From Clostridia bacterium (GTDB lineage: Bacteria > Bacillota > Clostridia > Monoglobales > Monoglobaceae), in NCBI GenBank assembly GCA_045631525.1, contig JAZQUY010000007.1, forward strand, positions 28,899 to 92,898: a stretch of DNA of 64,000 nucleotides, in the 5' to 3' direction. Of the stretch, positions 26,269-34,984 are shown piece after piece. The notes beneath the pieces were generated by a model. That model ran no database searches. It was not told the DNA's origin and worked only from the letters and a program-made list of their open reading frames with translations. The position numbers and the translations under genes are program-made. The first letter of the stretch is position 1. Each line of letters starts with the position of its first letter.

Positions 26269-27114
26269 TTATAAACAAAATTTTTTTCGGTATTCGGTAG
26301 GAGAAAAACCGGTACTCTTTTTGAAAATACGGCTGAAATAAAGAGAATTTTCGTAACCAACTATGGAAGAAATTTCAGAAACATTATACTGAGTGTTTTC
26401 AAGAAGATATTTGGCATTTGTAATTCTCATGGATAGAATGTATTGCATAGGAGAAAGACCGGTATATTTTTTGAAGCTCCTGATGAACCAGCAAAGGCTT
26501 ATATGCCGTGATGTGGCATATTGTTTAATATCTATGTCGTGAGAGTAATTCTCGCTGAAATACTGTATAGCAAGCTCGGTTTCTTTTTTTGTTGTGTTGG
26601 CTTTGGAAACAGAATTTAACGCATAACGCTCTATAAGACAAAGTACATTTTGCAAAATCAGTGGGGTGATTTTGCAAAAGTCAAATTCTGCGGCTTGTAA
26701 CTCGCTTATTATTCGCTGAAACAGGAGATTGAAATCGGTTGAAATTCCGGTAAAAAAAATATTTGATTTGAGGTTAAGCGCGGCTAAAATATTTTCTGCG
26801 TCGAAACCTGTAAAGTGTACCCAGAAAACTTCGGGCTTGTCCTCGAGATAATATGTATAGTTTTGCTCCTCATCAGGACGATAAAGGACCATAGTTCCCG
26901 CAGGCAGAAGCTTTTCTTCACCATCGAAAAAGAAATGTGCCTTGCCTGAAGCAATATAAAGGAGCTGAAAGTCACGTCTTCCTGTGGGCCGACAGGTGAT
27001 AAAGGATTTGCGGCTTAAGAGGCGGTAGTTTCCGCAGCTTTTCACCACAAGGGGCTGACTTAAATCGGCTGTATCATCAAGCGAGTTGTTGAGATATGCG
27101 GCTTTTGCGTACAA
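26269..27114 (-). CDS. AraC-family transcriptional regulator (divergent from galK)
   Basis: 281 aa with cupin-like N-domain and AraC HTH (ISLCWFIRSFKKYTGLSPMQYILSMRITNAKYLLENT...GYENSLYFSRIFKKSTGFSPTEYR). TTG start 7 nt after AGGAGG. Confidence 0.85.
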   Translation of the reverse strand: MYAKAAYLNNSLDDTADLSQPLVVKSCGNYRLLSRKSFITCRPTGRRDFQLLYIASGKAHFFFDGEEKLLPAGTMVLYRPDEEQNYTYYLEDKPEVFWVHFTGFDAENILAALNLKSNIFFTGISTDFNLLFQRIISELQAAEFDFCKITPLILQNVLCLIERYALNSVSKANTTKKETELAIQYFSENYSHDIDIKQYATSRHISLCWFIRSFKKYTGLSPMQYILSMRITNAKYLLENTQYNVSEISSIVGYENSLYFSRIFKKSTGFSPTEYRKKFCL

Positions 27115-27302
27115 AATAAAACCTCCTTTATATAATAAAATGCATATATGCTTTCTTTAAAATACAGTATAATACAATATTTCGCATTATGCAATAGAAA
27201 AAAGTATAATTTTGTGCATATTTTGTATTATTATTTACATAGAAGAGGGCGGAGAGGTTTTGTATAATAGAAATATGAAACGATAAAGGAAAGTGATATA
27301 TT

Positions 27303-28586
27303 ATGAAAATAAATGATTTTTTTGAAAAATTGAAAAGCGGAGGCTTTGATGAAAGGCTGAAAGCTGTTTACGGTAATGACGAACAAACTCTTGAGAGGCA
27401 AAAGAACAGATATAAAGAGGCTGTTTCCAAATTTTCTGCGACCTACTCAAAGCATACCGAGATAGAGATTTTTTCTGCCCCCGGCAGAACGGAAATAGGT
27501 GGCAACCACACAGACCATCAGCATGGATGTGTTCTGGCTGCAGCTGTTGATGTTGATATTATCGGTGTTGTTGCTTTTCATAATGATGGCGTTATGAGAA
27601 TTTTATCCGAAGGCTATGACGAGATTTCCGTTAAGACTTCAGAAACCGGCATTTGCAAAGATGATGGCGGAAGCACCGCTATCGCCAGGGGTATTCTTTC
27701 AAAGTTCAAAGAAGCGGGTATAGAGGTCTCCGGCTTTGATATGTATGCGGTGTCGGATGTTTTGAGTGGAAGCGGAATCTCGTCTTCGGCTGCCTTTGAG
27801 GTGCTTTTGGGGACTGTTATTGATACGCATTACAATGGCGGGAAGTTGGGAGCTGTTGAAATTGCAAAAATTGGGCAGTTCGCTGAAAATGTGTATTTTG
27901 GCAAAAAAAGCGGTCTTATGGACCAAATGGTGTCATCGGTCGGGGGATTTGTCTTTATTGATTTTGAAAATCCCCAGAAGCCTGTGGTAAAAAGTTGTGA
28001 ATTTGATTTTGAAAAATCGGGGTATTGTCTTTTTATTACAGATACGAAGGGTAGTCATGCTGACCTTACGGATGATTATGTGGCAATAACAGAGGAAATG
28101 CGAGAGGTAGCAGCTTTCTTTGGCAAAGAGGTTATGAGACAGGTGGAGAGGTCGAAGTTTTTTGAAAAACTGGCAATTTTGAGAAAAAAATGTTCGGACC
28201 GGGCGATTTTGCGTGCGATTCATTTCCTTGACGATAACGAAAGAGCGTGGCTCGAGTTTTGTGCTTTGGTAAAAGGTGATGTGTCAAAGTTTTTGACGCT
28301 TGTGAATGAATCTGGGGAATCATCAAAAGGACTTTTGCAAAACTTGTACTCCTCAAAGAAACCAAAGAATCAGGAAATCCCCCTTGCACTTGAAATCAGT
28401 CGCAGACTTGTTGGAGAGAAGGGTGCTGTGAGGGTTCATGGTGGAGGATTTGCAGGAACAATTCAGGCGTTTGTACCGGTTGAACTTGCCGAAGACTATA
28501 AAAAACAGATGGATGATTTGTTTGGAGAAGGCAGCTCAAGACTTATGAAAATCAGACCATATGGTGGAATTGCTGTTATGAAATAG
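27303..28586 (+). CDS. galK: Galactokinase (GHMP kinase family)
   Basis: Galactokinase signature FSAPGRTEIGGNHTDHQHG, GHMP ATP motif SGSGISSSAAFEV, C-terminal VHGGGFAGTIQAFV. Confidence 0.8.
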   Translation: MKINDFFEKLKSGGFDERLKAVYGNDEQTLERQKNRYKEAVSKFSATYSKHTEIEIFSAPGRTEIGGNHTDHQHGCVLAAAVDVDIIGVVAFHNDGVMRILSEGYDEISVKTSETGICKDDGGSTAIARGILSKFKEAGIEVSGFDMYAVSDVLSGSGISSSAAFEVLLGTVIDTHYNGGKLGAVEIAKIGQFAENVYFGKKSGLMDQMVSSVGGFVFIDFENPQKPVVKSCEFDFEKSGYCLFITDTKGSHADLTDDYVAITEEMREVAAFFGKEVMRQVERSKFFEKLAILRKKCSDRAILRAIHFLDDNERAWLEFCALVKGDVSKFLTLVNESGESSKGLLQNLYSSKKPKNQEIPLALEISRRLVGEKGAVRVHGGGFAGTIQAFVPVELAEDYKKQMDDLFGEGSSRLMKIRPYGGIAVMK

Positions 28587-28601
28587 GGTTTCTTAGCATA
28601 G

Positions 28602-28640
28602 AAAAGGCGGTTGTATACACAACCGCCTTTTTTCTTTTTT
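28602..28640. terminator. Bidirectional terminator between galK and the DUF4363 gene
   Basis: AAAA-GGCGGTTGT-atac-ACAACCGCC-TTTTTTCTTTTTT. Confidence 0.8.
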
Positions 28641-29019
28641 ATAATATTTCTTCTATGCTGAAGCCTTCCTGATGAGGAATATGGTCAAGGAGCATAGAAA
28701 ACATAATAAATTCGCCCATAAAATCTGATTTTTGATGGAGGACAGCAAAGGCTCTGCTCTGTTTTAGGGAGATTTCAATTTCTTCTATGTTTTTTGTGGA
28801 TATGGTAAGGGATGCCCAAAGTCGTTTTTTATCCCATCTGTTTTGTATCTGGTCTATATTTTCGATGACTTTATTCCATTGGTCAGCGCTTGCAAAGCTG
28901 ATAGTTTCCTGACAAAGTGGGCGGATGTTTTTGGTAAGATTCAGCATTATATATGAATGTATGCCTATAAATGTGCATATTACCAGGAAAATTGCGATTG
29001 CTACAATCAAAGCTCTCAT
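28639..29019 (-). CDS. DUF4363-like small membrane-anchored protein
   Basis: 126 aa with an N-terminal TM helix. Coupled (ATGA overlap) to an upstream DUF421 gene, as is typical for this pair in Clostridia. Recognised from memory only. Confidence 0.5.
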   Translation of the reverse strand: MRALIVAIAIFLVICTFIGIHSYIMLNLTKNIRPLCQETISFASADQWNKVIENIDQIQNRWDKKRLWASLTISTKNIEEIEISLKQSRAFAVLHQKSDFMGEFIMFSMLLDHIPHQEGFSIEEIL

Positions 29020-29714
29020 TGACTTTTGTTCTCCTTTGGGACATCGTTTTTGATAATTACAATTTCACCGGTGCGGTCGGCGGTCATACAAAAAACCTGG
29101 GAGGCATTTTTGATTTTTTTTGCTGCCAGTTGTTTGATAAGCCATTCACGATTAAAGCCAAGCCGACGCAAATTGTTGTCATTTATATGTCCGTTGTCAA
29201 TCAGGACATAACTGATAAAATTTTGTGATGCAGCAGGAATTTTCAAATCCCTTGGGGTAACGGGAGAGAAGTCAGGTTTTGGGATGACGCTTACGTTTCC
29301 GTTGGTTTCCATTATTATATAATCTATTTCCGAAAGTGAGGTGGCACCTGTGTTCCTCACGGTTTCCATAAGGTCATTGAGGTTGAAACGCTGGCGTGAC
29401 ATTTCCTTTTGATTGATTTTTCCCTTTTCATAAAAAACGCTTGGAGTACCAAAAAAGATTTTCCGCAAAGTGAAATTTCTGTATGCGCCAAAGGAAAGTG
29501 CCAGTTCAAGAACGAGGAGCAAAGCAATTGCAATAAGACTGCTGAGTATGGGCTGGGATGTGTCCTGAATGGGGAGTGCCGCCACCTCTGAAATAACAAT
29601 AGTAACTACCAGTTCGGAGGGCTCGAGCTCGCCTATCTGGCGCTTTCCCAGTGTCCGGAGAGAAACAATGACAAAGAAATACATTATGATGGTACGAATA
29701 AATGTTATAAACAA
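29016..29714 (-). CDS. DUF421 (YetF-like) membrane protein
   Basis: N-terminal TM region with LRTLGKRQIGELEPSELVVTIVISEVA, typical of the YetF/YdfS family; 232 aa; start codon uncertain. Confidence 0.65.
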   Translation of the reverse strand: MFITFIRTIIMYFFVIVSLRTLGKRQIGELEPSELVVTIVISEVAALPIQDTSQPILSSLIAIALLLVLELALSFGAYRNFTLRKIFFGTPSVFYEKGKINQKEMSRQRFNLNDLMETVRNTGATSLSEIDYIIMETNGNVSVIPKPDFSPVTPRDLKIPAASQNFISYVLIDNGHINDNNLRRLGFNREWLIKQLAAKKIKNASQVFCMTADRTGEIVIIKNDVPKENKSQ

Positions 29715-29842
29715 GCTATCACATCCATTAAAAGCTTTTTAGGGTATTATTTCCTTAAAACACTTTGGGTATACAGAGGACTTTCACCAAAAAAAAATTT
29801 GCGCATACAATATTTTAGTAAAAAGTGAAAGGAGTGTATGCT

Positions 29843-30229
29843 ATGCCGGAAGGATATATTGTTGTTCAGGTGTACACGGCGGACCAAGCCATACCGCTTC
29901 CAGATGCGAATGTAATTGTGTCAAGACCCGCAGAAAGCGGTGAAGAAGTTGTAAGGATTATGAAGACCGACCGAAGCGGAAGAACGGCGATAATTGCTGT
30001 GCCCACCACACCCGCGGCAAATTCCCAAACGCCTGATGGGACGGATAGATTTTTCAAATATAATATTCGGGTGGATTATCCAGGCTACGAGACGGTGGAA
30101 AATGTGAATGTTCCGGTTTTTGAGGGGCAGACATCAATTCAGCCCGTGGGAATGATACCCCTTGCTGATGGAAAGGAAAACGGAAAAACTGTTACAGTTA
30201 TTGAGGAAGAACCTTTTGAAAATGAATGA
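29843..30229 (+). CDS. Protein resembling the N-terminal (pre/pro) domain of spore cortex-lytic enzyme SleC
   Basis: MPEGYIVVQVYTADQAIPLPDANVIVSR...YNIRVDYPGYETVENVNVPVFEGQTS looks like a carboxypeptidase-regulatory-type beta-sandwich, as at the SleC N-terminus. ATG 8 nt after GGAG. Same frame as the next ORF, separated from it by two stop codons. Confidence 0.5.
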   Translation: MPEGYIVVQVYTADQAIPLPDANVIVSRPAESGEEVVRIMKTDRSGRTAIIAVPTTPAANSQTPDGTDRFFKYNIRVDYPGYETVENVNVPVFEGQTSIQPVGMIPLADGKENGKTVTVIEEEPFENE

Positions 30230-30247
30230 AAAGGCAGGTGATTTTTT

Positions 30248-31645
30248 GTGGTAGGAAGACCCTATATACCCGAAACGATAACGGTGCATCTGGGCTCGCC
30301 TGATTCCAATGCGGAAAATGTGACGGTGAGCTTTTCGGATTACATAAAAAACGTTGCGTCAAGTGAAATCTTTCCCACTTGGCCCGAAAGTGCCCTCCGG
30401 GCAAACATTTATGCTCAGATTTCTTATGCACTTAACAGAATTTATACCGAATGGTATCCTTCAAGAGGTTACAATTTTGACATAACAAATTCTACGGCTT
30501 TTGACCAATCTTTTGTGAAAAACCGCGATATCTTTGAAAACATAAGCCAGATAGTTGACGAAATATTTAACGATTACATCAGACGTCAGGGAAATGTGGA
30601 GCCGCTTTTTGCGGCGTTTTGTGACGGACGGGAGGTTACCTGTGACGGACTTTCCCAATGGGGTTCGGTGGAGCTTGCAAATCAGGGGCTTGGACCATAT
30701 GATATTCTTACATATTATTATGGCGATGATATTGAGCTTGTTCAGGATGCCCCCATACAAAATGTGACAGAGACCTATCCGGGCACGCCCCTTCGGGTTG
30801 GCTCATCCGGCCAGAGTGTGCGGACGATACAGACTCAGCTAAACAGAATTTCAAGGGATTATCCTCTTATTCCAAAAATTTCGTCTATTGACGGGGTTTT
30901 TGGTGAGGAGACCCTTGATGCGGTGAGAAAGTTTCAGGAAATATTTAATCTTTCGGCTGACGGTGTAATAGGAAAAGCCACGTGGTATAAAATAAAATCT
31001 ATTTTTGTGGCTGTGGCAAGGCTCGGGGCACTGAATTCGGAGGGAATAAAGCTTGCGGATGTTCCGAAAAACTTTGTTACGGAAATAAGACCAGGTGAAA
31101 GCGGAAATCCTGTCAGGGTGGTGCAGTACTATCTGTCGGTGATTGCGGCATATGACAACGCTGTACCCGCTGTAAATATTGATGGAATATTTGGCCCTGC
31201 CACCGAAAATTCGGTGAGGAGCTTTCAGCAGAGCAGAGGCCTTCCTCAGACTGGAGTGGTGGACGAAGCAACCTGGGATGCTTTAAGCAGTGCCTATCTT
31301 GGAATTTTGGAAAACTATCCGCCACAATTTTTGGAGGACGATTATTCGCCGTATCCGGGCACACCACTTACTCTGGGAACAAGCTCGGAGGCAGTACGAG
31401 TTCTTCAGGCAAGGCTCAATTTCATATCGGGAGTTTATGAGAACATTCCTTCGGTGGAGGTTACCGGATATTTTGGTGAGCAGACACAAAATGCAGTGAA
31501 TGCCTTTGCTGCCGATGTGGGACTTCCGCAAAAGGGTTTTGTGGGGCCAGGGCTTTGGAAGTTGATTGAGGACACATATTTCAATCTGAAAAATGGGGAT
31601 TTGAAGACCCCGGGGCAATATCCGGGTTATACAGTTCAGGGTTAA
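30248..31645 (+). CDS. SleC-like cortex-lytic enzyme core followed by three PG_binding_1 repeats
   Basis: ITVHLGSPDSNAENVTVSFSDYIKNVASSEIFPTWPESALRANIYAQISYALNRIYTEWYPSRGYNFDITNSTAFDQ matches my recollection of the SleC/SpoIID-like core. Three repeats follow the pattern G.S...VR.(I/L)Q..LN.I...YP.IP....DG.FG..T..AV..FQ...GL...G.V....W. GTG start. Confidence 0.6.
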   Translation: MVGRPYIPETITVHLGSPDSNAENVTVSFSDYIKNVASSEIFPTWPESALRANIYAQISYALNRIYTEWYPSRGYNFDITNSTAFDQSFVKNRDIFENISQIVDEIFNDYIRRQGNVEPLFAAFCDGREVTCDGLSQWGSVELANQGLGPYDILTYYYGDDIELVQDAPIQNVTETYPGTPLRVGSSGQSVRTIQTQLNRISRDYPLIPKISSIDGVFGEETLDAVRKFQEIFNLSADGVIGKATWYKIKSIFVAVARLGALNSEGIKLADVPKNFVTEIRPGESGNPVRVVQYYLSVIAAYDNAVPAVNIDGIFGPATENSVRSFQQSRGLPQTGVVDEATWDALSSAYLGILENYPPQFLEDDYSPYPGTPLTLGTSSEAVRVLQARLNFISGVYENIPSVEVTGYFGEQTQNAVNAFAADVGLPQKGFVGPGLWKLIEDTYFNLKNGDLKTPGQYPGYTVQG

Positions 31646-31659
31646 AAGGAGGAATTTAA

Positions 31660-32193
31660 GTGGAAAATAAAATTTATTTTTCATACCGTGACAATCCAAA
31701 AAACATTCGGGAAATCCAGACATATCTGAGGTTTATAGCGAGGTACATAAGGGACATTCCTGATGTAAAGCCGGACGGAATATACGGGCCCCAGACAGAG
31801 AATGCAGTTAGGGCTTTTCAGCAGAAGTTTGGGCTAACTCCAACGGGAAAGGTGGACTTTGAGACTTGGACGAATATTGTCGAGGTGTATGATGATTTGG
31901 TTCTGAGACGTAAAACTTTGAGACCAGTATATGTATATCCTGTCGGTATTCCTAATTTCAAAGAGGGAGATGACTTTGAGGAGATTTATGTTCTTCAGGT
32001 GATGCTTAGCCGTCTTGGGAAAATTTTTGGGAACATCCATCCCGTGAAGATTACGGGCACTTTTGACAGTGATACAAGAAAAGCGGTCGAGGATTTGGAA
32101 AGATATTACAACAGGGAAATAAAAGGAATGGTCGACCGAGAACTCTGGAATATTCTTGCTGATGTTTATAGCGGGTTTACTTTCAATGATTGA
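31660..32193 (+). CDS. Peptidoglycan-binding-domain protein (two PG_binding_1 repeats)
   Basis: IREIQTYLRFIARYIRDIPDVKPDGIYGPQTENAVRAFQQKFGLTPTGKVDFETW, plus a second degenerate repeat. GTG start after AAAGGAGG. Confidence 0.65.
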   Translation: MENKIYFSYRDNPKNIREIQTYLRFIARYIRDIPDVKPDGIYGPQTENAVRAFQQKFGLTPTGKVDFETWTNIVEVYDDLVLRRKTLRPVYVYPVGIPNFKEGDDFEEIYVLQVMLSRLGKIFGNIHPVKITGTFDSDTRKAVEDLERYYNREIKGMVDRELWNILADVYSGFTFND

Positions 32194-32230
32194 GTTGACT
32201 TTCTGATTTGTTTTTGATAGAATATCAAAT

Positions 32231-32268
32231 AAAAAATCACCTTGGGGCAGATACTCCCGAGGTGATTT
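32231..32268 (+). terminator. Hairpin downstream of the PG-binding gene (terminator candidate; the T-tract is stronger on the minus strand)
   Basis: AAATCACCTTGGG-gcagatact-CCCGAGGTGATTT; the plus-strand tail is only GAUUUGAAU. Confidence 0.4.
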
Positions 32269-32308
32269 GAATAAATAATTGTCACATTTGCGGAATGGAG
32301 AAAATCTT

Positions 32309-32956
32309 ATGAGAATGCGAAGAAAAAAACACCGCGAAGAACGTATGGAAAACTGTTCTTCGCTTATGATAAGAGATATTATGGAATATAAAAATGATAT
32401 AAGGGCTGTGTTTGAAAATGACAGACCGTTGCATCTTGAAATAGGTTGCGGCAAGGGGGGATTTGTACTGGAGACTGCAAAGAGAAATCCCGACATAAAT
32501 TATCTTGCTTTTGAAAAGAATCTTGACGTTTTGGTTCTCGCCATGGAAAAAGTTAAGGAAGCGGGGCTTTCCAACGTGAAGTTTGTTCCGGGGAATGCTG
32601 AAATCTTAGGTGAAATGGAAAGCACCACCAAGGCGGAAAGACTTTACATAAATTTCTGTGACCCATGGAGCAAAGAGGGTTATAAAAAACGCCGACTGAC
32701 ACACGAAAGGTACCTTTCAATATATGAGAGGCTGCTGTGTGAAAATGGAGAAGTTCATTTCAAAACTGACAATCGAGGACTTTTTGAGTTTTCGCTCAAT
32801 TCTTTTGCGGAATTTGGTCTTAAATTAAAAAACATTACCCTCGATTTGCATAACAGCAAATTTGAAGGTAATGTTATGACCGAATATGAAAAGCTTTTTT
32901 CAGAAAAAGGACAGCCTATATACAGATGCGAGGCTAAATTTCCTTCGACTCGGTAA
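32309..32956 (+). CDS. trmB: tRNA (guanine46-N7)-methyltransferase
   Basis: LHLEIGCGKGGFVLETAKRNPDINYLAFE SAM motif and FCDPWSKEGYKKRRL. ATG 9 nt after GGAG. Confidence 0.85.
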   Translation: MRMRRKKHREERMENCSSLMIRDIMEYKNDIRAVFENDRPLHLEIGCGKGGFVLETAKRNPDINYLAFEKNLDVLVLAMEKVKEAGLSNVKFVPGNAEILGEMESTTKAERLYINFCDPWSKEGYKKRRLTHERYLSIYERLLCENGEVHFKTDNRGLFEFSLNSFAEFGLKLKNITLDLHNSKFEGNVMTEYEKLFSEKGQPIYRCEAKFPSTR

Positions 32957-33404
32957 GGGGAATATAAAACAAAACACCAGCCGTTATAGCGTGTGAAACA
33001 AGCACAGAAATAAAGGCGTATTCAGAGTTTAGCATGGGCTCCAAAAAACGTGTATGCTGAAAAAGCCATCTGAAAATAAAGCTCATTTTAAGACCGCCAA
33101 AGACTGCTGCGTTGTTTATGTACAGAAGCACCGAAAGTATCGCATAAATTAAAAATGAAACAGCGGCAGGTATGACATATTCCGACATAGAAAAAGTATT
33201 TTTGTAAAACTTTGTCCAGTTGCGGCGATAAAGGAAAAGGAAAAGAAGAAAAGCCGCAATATTGAGTACGAAACAAACGTAGCGGTAAATAACAACATTT
33301 TCACGGAAAATCATGATGGAAAAAATTATGGAACAAAGAATGGAGAGACATAATGTCTTGATTGTTTCAATCACAGAACTTGCAAAAATATACAAGGTTA
33401 TCAT
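32934..33404 (-). CDS. Hypothetical polytopic membrane protein
   Basis: Hydrophobic ORF of about 4 TM segments with no recognisable family. Start uncertain: the long ORF-track N-terminus runs through the infC promoter. The 3' end overlaps trmB by 23 nt. Confidence 0.35.
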   Translation of the reverse strand: MITLYIFASSVIETIKTLCLSILCSIIFSIMIFRENVVIYRYVCFVLNIAAFLLFLFLYRRNWTKFYKNTFSMSEYVIPAAVSFLIYAILSVLLYINNAAVFGGLKMSFIFRWLFQHTRFLEPMLNSEYAFISVLVSHAITAGVLFYIPLTESKEI

Positions 33405-33500
33405 CCTTTCTTCATGATATAGGTTTTTAAATATTTTAACATATGTTCCCGAAATATTCAAGGGGAAAGTGAAAAGTTTTGTGGTTTTAATAAAAAGTAC

Positions 33501-33529
33501 TTGACAAAGGTGATTTTGTGTGGTATACT
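33501..33529 (+). promoter_or_regulatory. Promoter of the infC-rpmI-rplT operon
   Basis: TTGACA-17 nt (with TG extension)-TATACT. Confidence 0.6.
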
Positions 33530-33671
33530 CGCAAGGTAAAGCAGAAGGTCCGCTTCTCCCCTCAGCTTTTGGCAAAAGGGTATTGAACTTGTTTTTTGAG
33601 TGCGGAGTTTTGTGCTTTCCGCACTTTTTTATTTTTCAAATGAGTGCAAACTATTTTGGAGGTGTTTAGGT
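33530..33671 (+). promoter_or_regulatory. infC leader with internal intrinsic terminator (L20-leader-like attenuator)
   Basis: An approx. 140 nt structured 5' UTR contains AGTGCGGA-gttttgtgctt-TCCGCACT followed by TTTTTATTTTT (33599..33636), upstream of the GGAGGTG RBS. Position and architecture match the Firmicute L20-responsive leader; the fold itself was not verified. Confidence 0.5.
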
Positions 33672-34187
33672 ATAGCTAAGCAGGAATTGATGATTAACGA
33701 GGAAATCCGTGACAAAGAAGTTCGTCTTATTGGCCCTGATGGCGCACAGCTTGGTGTTGTTTCAAGTAAAGAGGCACTCTCTATGGCTGATGAACACAAC
33801 CTTGACCTTGTCAAGATTGCTCCCCAGGCAAAACCGCCTGTGTGCAGAATTATGGATTACGGAAAGTACAAGTTTGAGCTTGCCAAAAGAGAAAAGGAAC
33901 AAAGAAAGAACCAAAAGGTCATTGATATCAAAGAGGTTCGTCTTAGTCCCAATATCGATGAGCATGATTTTCAGACAAAGGTTAATCAGGGAATTAAGTT
34001 TTTAAAGTCCGGTGACAAGGTGAAAGTTTCGGTGCGTTTCCGTGGTCGTGAAATTACTCACAGTGCAAGCGGAAAGGAATTGCTTCTCAAAGTTAAGGAT
34101 GCAATGGCTGAGGTTGGCGTTGTTGAAAAGGACATTAAACTTGAGGGAAGAAGCATGGCTATGTTTGTATCACCCAAGAAAGCATAA
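33672..34187 (+). CDS. infC: Translation initiation factor IF-3, probable non-AUG (AUA) start
   Basis: INEEIRDKEVRLIGPDGAQLGVVSSKEALSMADEHNLDLVKI...KFELAKREKEQRKNQK...EVRLSPNIDEHDF. The GGAGGTG RBS (33658..33664) lies 7 nt before an in-frame ATA; the first in-frame ATG (33690) is 25 nt from the RBS. Confidence 0.8.
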   Translation: MAKQELMINEEIRDKEVRLIGPDGAQLGVVSSKEALSMADEHNLDLVKIAPQAKPPVCRIMDYGKYKFELAKREKEQRKNQKVIDIKEVRLSPNIDEHDFQTKVNQGIKFLKSGDKVKVSVRFRGREITHSASGKELLLKVKDAMAEVGVVEKDIKLEGRSMAMFVSPKKA

Positions 34188-34247
34188 GATTTTGCCTTGG
34201 ATAGGACAAAAGCTTTAAAAAAGTTATTTATGGAAGGAGTATGAAAA

Positions 34248-34445
34248 ATGCCTAAAATCAAGACACACAAAGGCGCAGCAAAACGTTTCGGCGTTACAAA
34301 GAATGGAAAAATCAAAAGAGGTAAGGCTTACAGAAGCCACATCCTCAACAAGAAGTCAACAAAGAGAAAAAGAAAGCTCAGAAAGGGCGGCTATCTTGCA
34401 ACAGCAAATGCTGCTACAATCAAGAGCATGATGCCTTATAAATAA
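34248..34445 (+). CDS. rpmI: 50S ribosomal protein L35
   Basis: [14 protein letters not shown]...; 65 aa. Confidence 0.9.
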   Translation: MPKIKTHKGAAKRFGVTKNGKIKRGKAYRSHILNKKSTKRKRKLRKGGYLATANAATIKSMMPYK

Positions 34446-34546
34446 GAAGGTAAATTTACAAAAGATTTTTCGGTCCGATTTTGGACAAATTGAATTGCAG
34501 ATTAGGTCTGCAAAAATACATTAAGATATGAAAGGAGTCTTTAGAC

Positions 34547-34891
34547 ATGGCAAGAGTTAAAGGTGCTATGCACACAAGAAAAAGACGTAAGAAAATATTA
34601 AAATTAGCTAAAGGTTACAGAGGAGCAAAAAGCAAGCTTTTCAAGACAGCCAACCAGGCAGTTATGAAATCACTTACTTATGCTTACCGTGACAGAAAAC
34701 AAAAGAAGAGAAACTTCAGACAGCTCTGGATTGCTCGTATAAATGCGGCAGCTCGTGCTAACGGTATCAGCTACAGCAAGTTTATGAACGGCCTTAAGAA
34801 TAACGGTATCGAAATAAACAGAAAGATGCTTGCTGAAATCGCGGTTTCAGACCCTGCTGCATTTGCAAAACTCGTTGAAAAGGTTAAATAA
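34547..34891 (+). CDS. rplT: 50S ribosomal protein L20
   Basis: [39 protein letters not shown]...; 114 aa. Confidence 0.9.
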   Translation: MARVKGAMHTRKRRKKILKLAKGYRGAKSKLFKTANQAVMKSLTYAYRDRKQKKRNFRQLWIARINAAARANGISYSKFMNGLKNNGIEINRKMLAEIAVSDPAAFAKLVEKVK

Positions 34892-34903
34892 ATTTTGCAT
34901 CAG

Positions 34904-34934
34904 AAAAGTTATACCGCCTAAGGTATAACTTTTT
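34904..34934 (+). terminator. Terminator after rplT
   Basis: AAAGTTATACC-gcctaa-GGTATAACTTT-TT. Confidence 0.75.
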
Positions 34935-34984
34935 CCTGCAATAAGGGGAATTGAGAGTTTCATCAGGAATTTATATGTTAGGGG

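Noticed and set aside
31834-32496. Long antisense ORFs inside well-supported genes, for example 31834..32496, 20356..20844, 20706..21206, 38179..38664, 48518..48985, 49404..49862 and 50855..51319.
   Set aside because: Each lies opposite a CDS with strong family motifs, lacks an RBS and has skewed, low-complexity composition. These are typical shadow ORFs.
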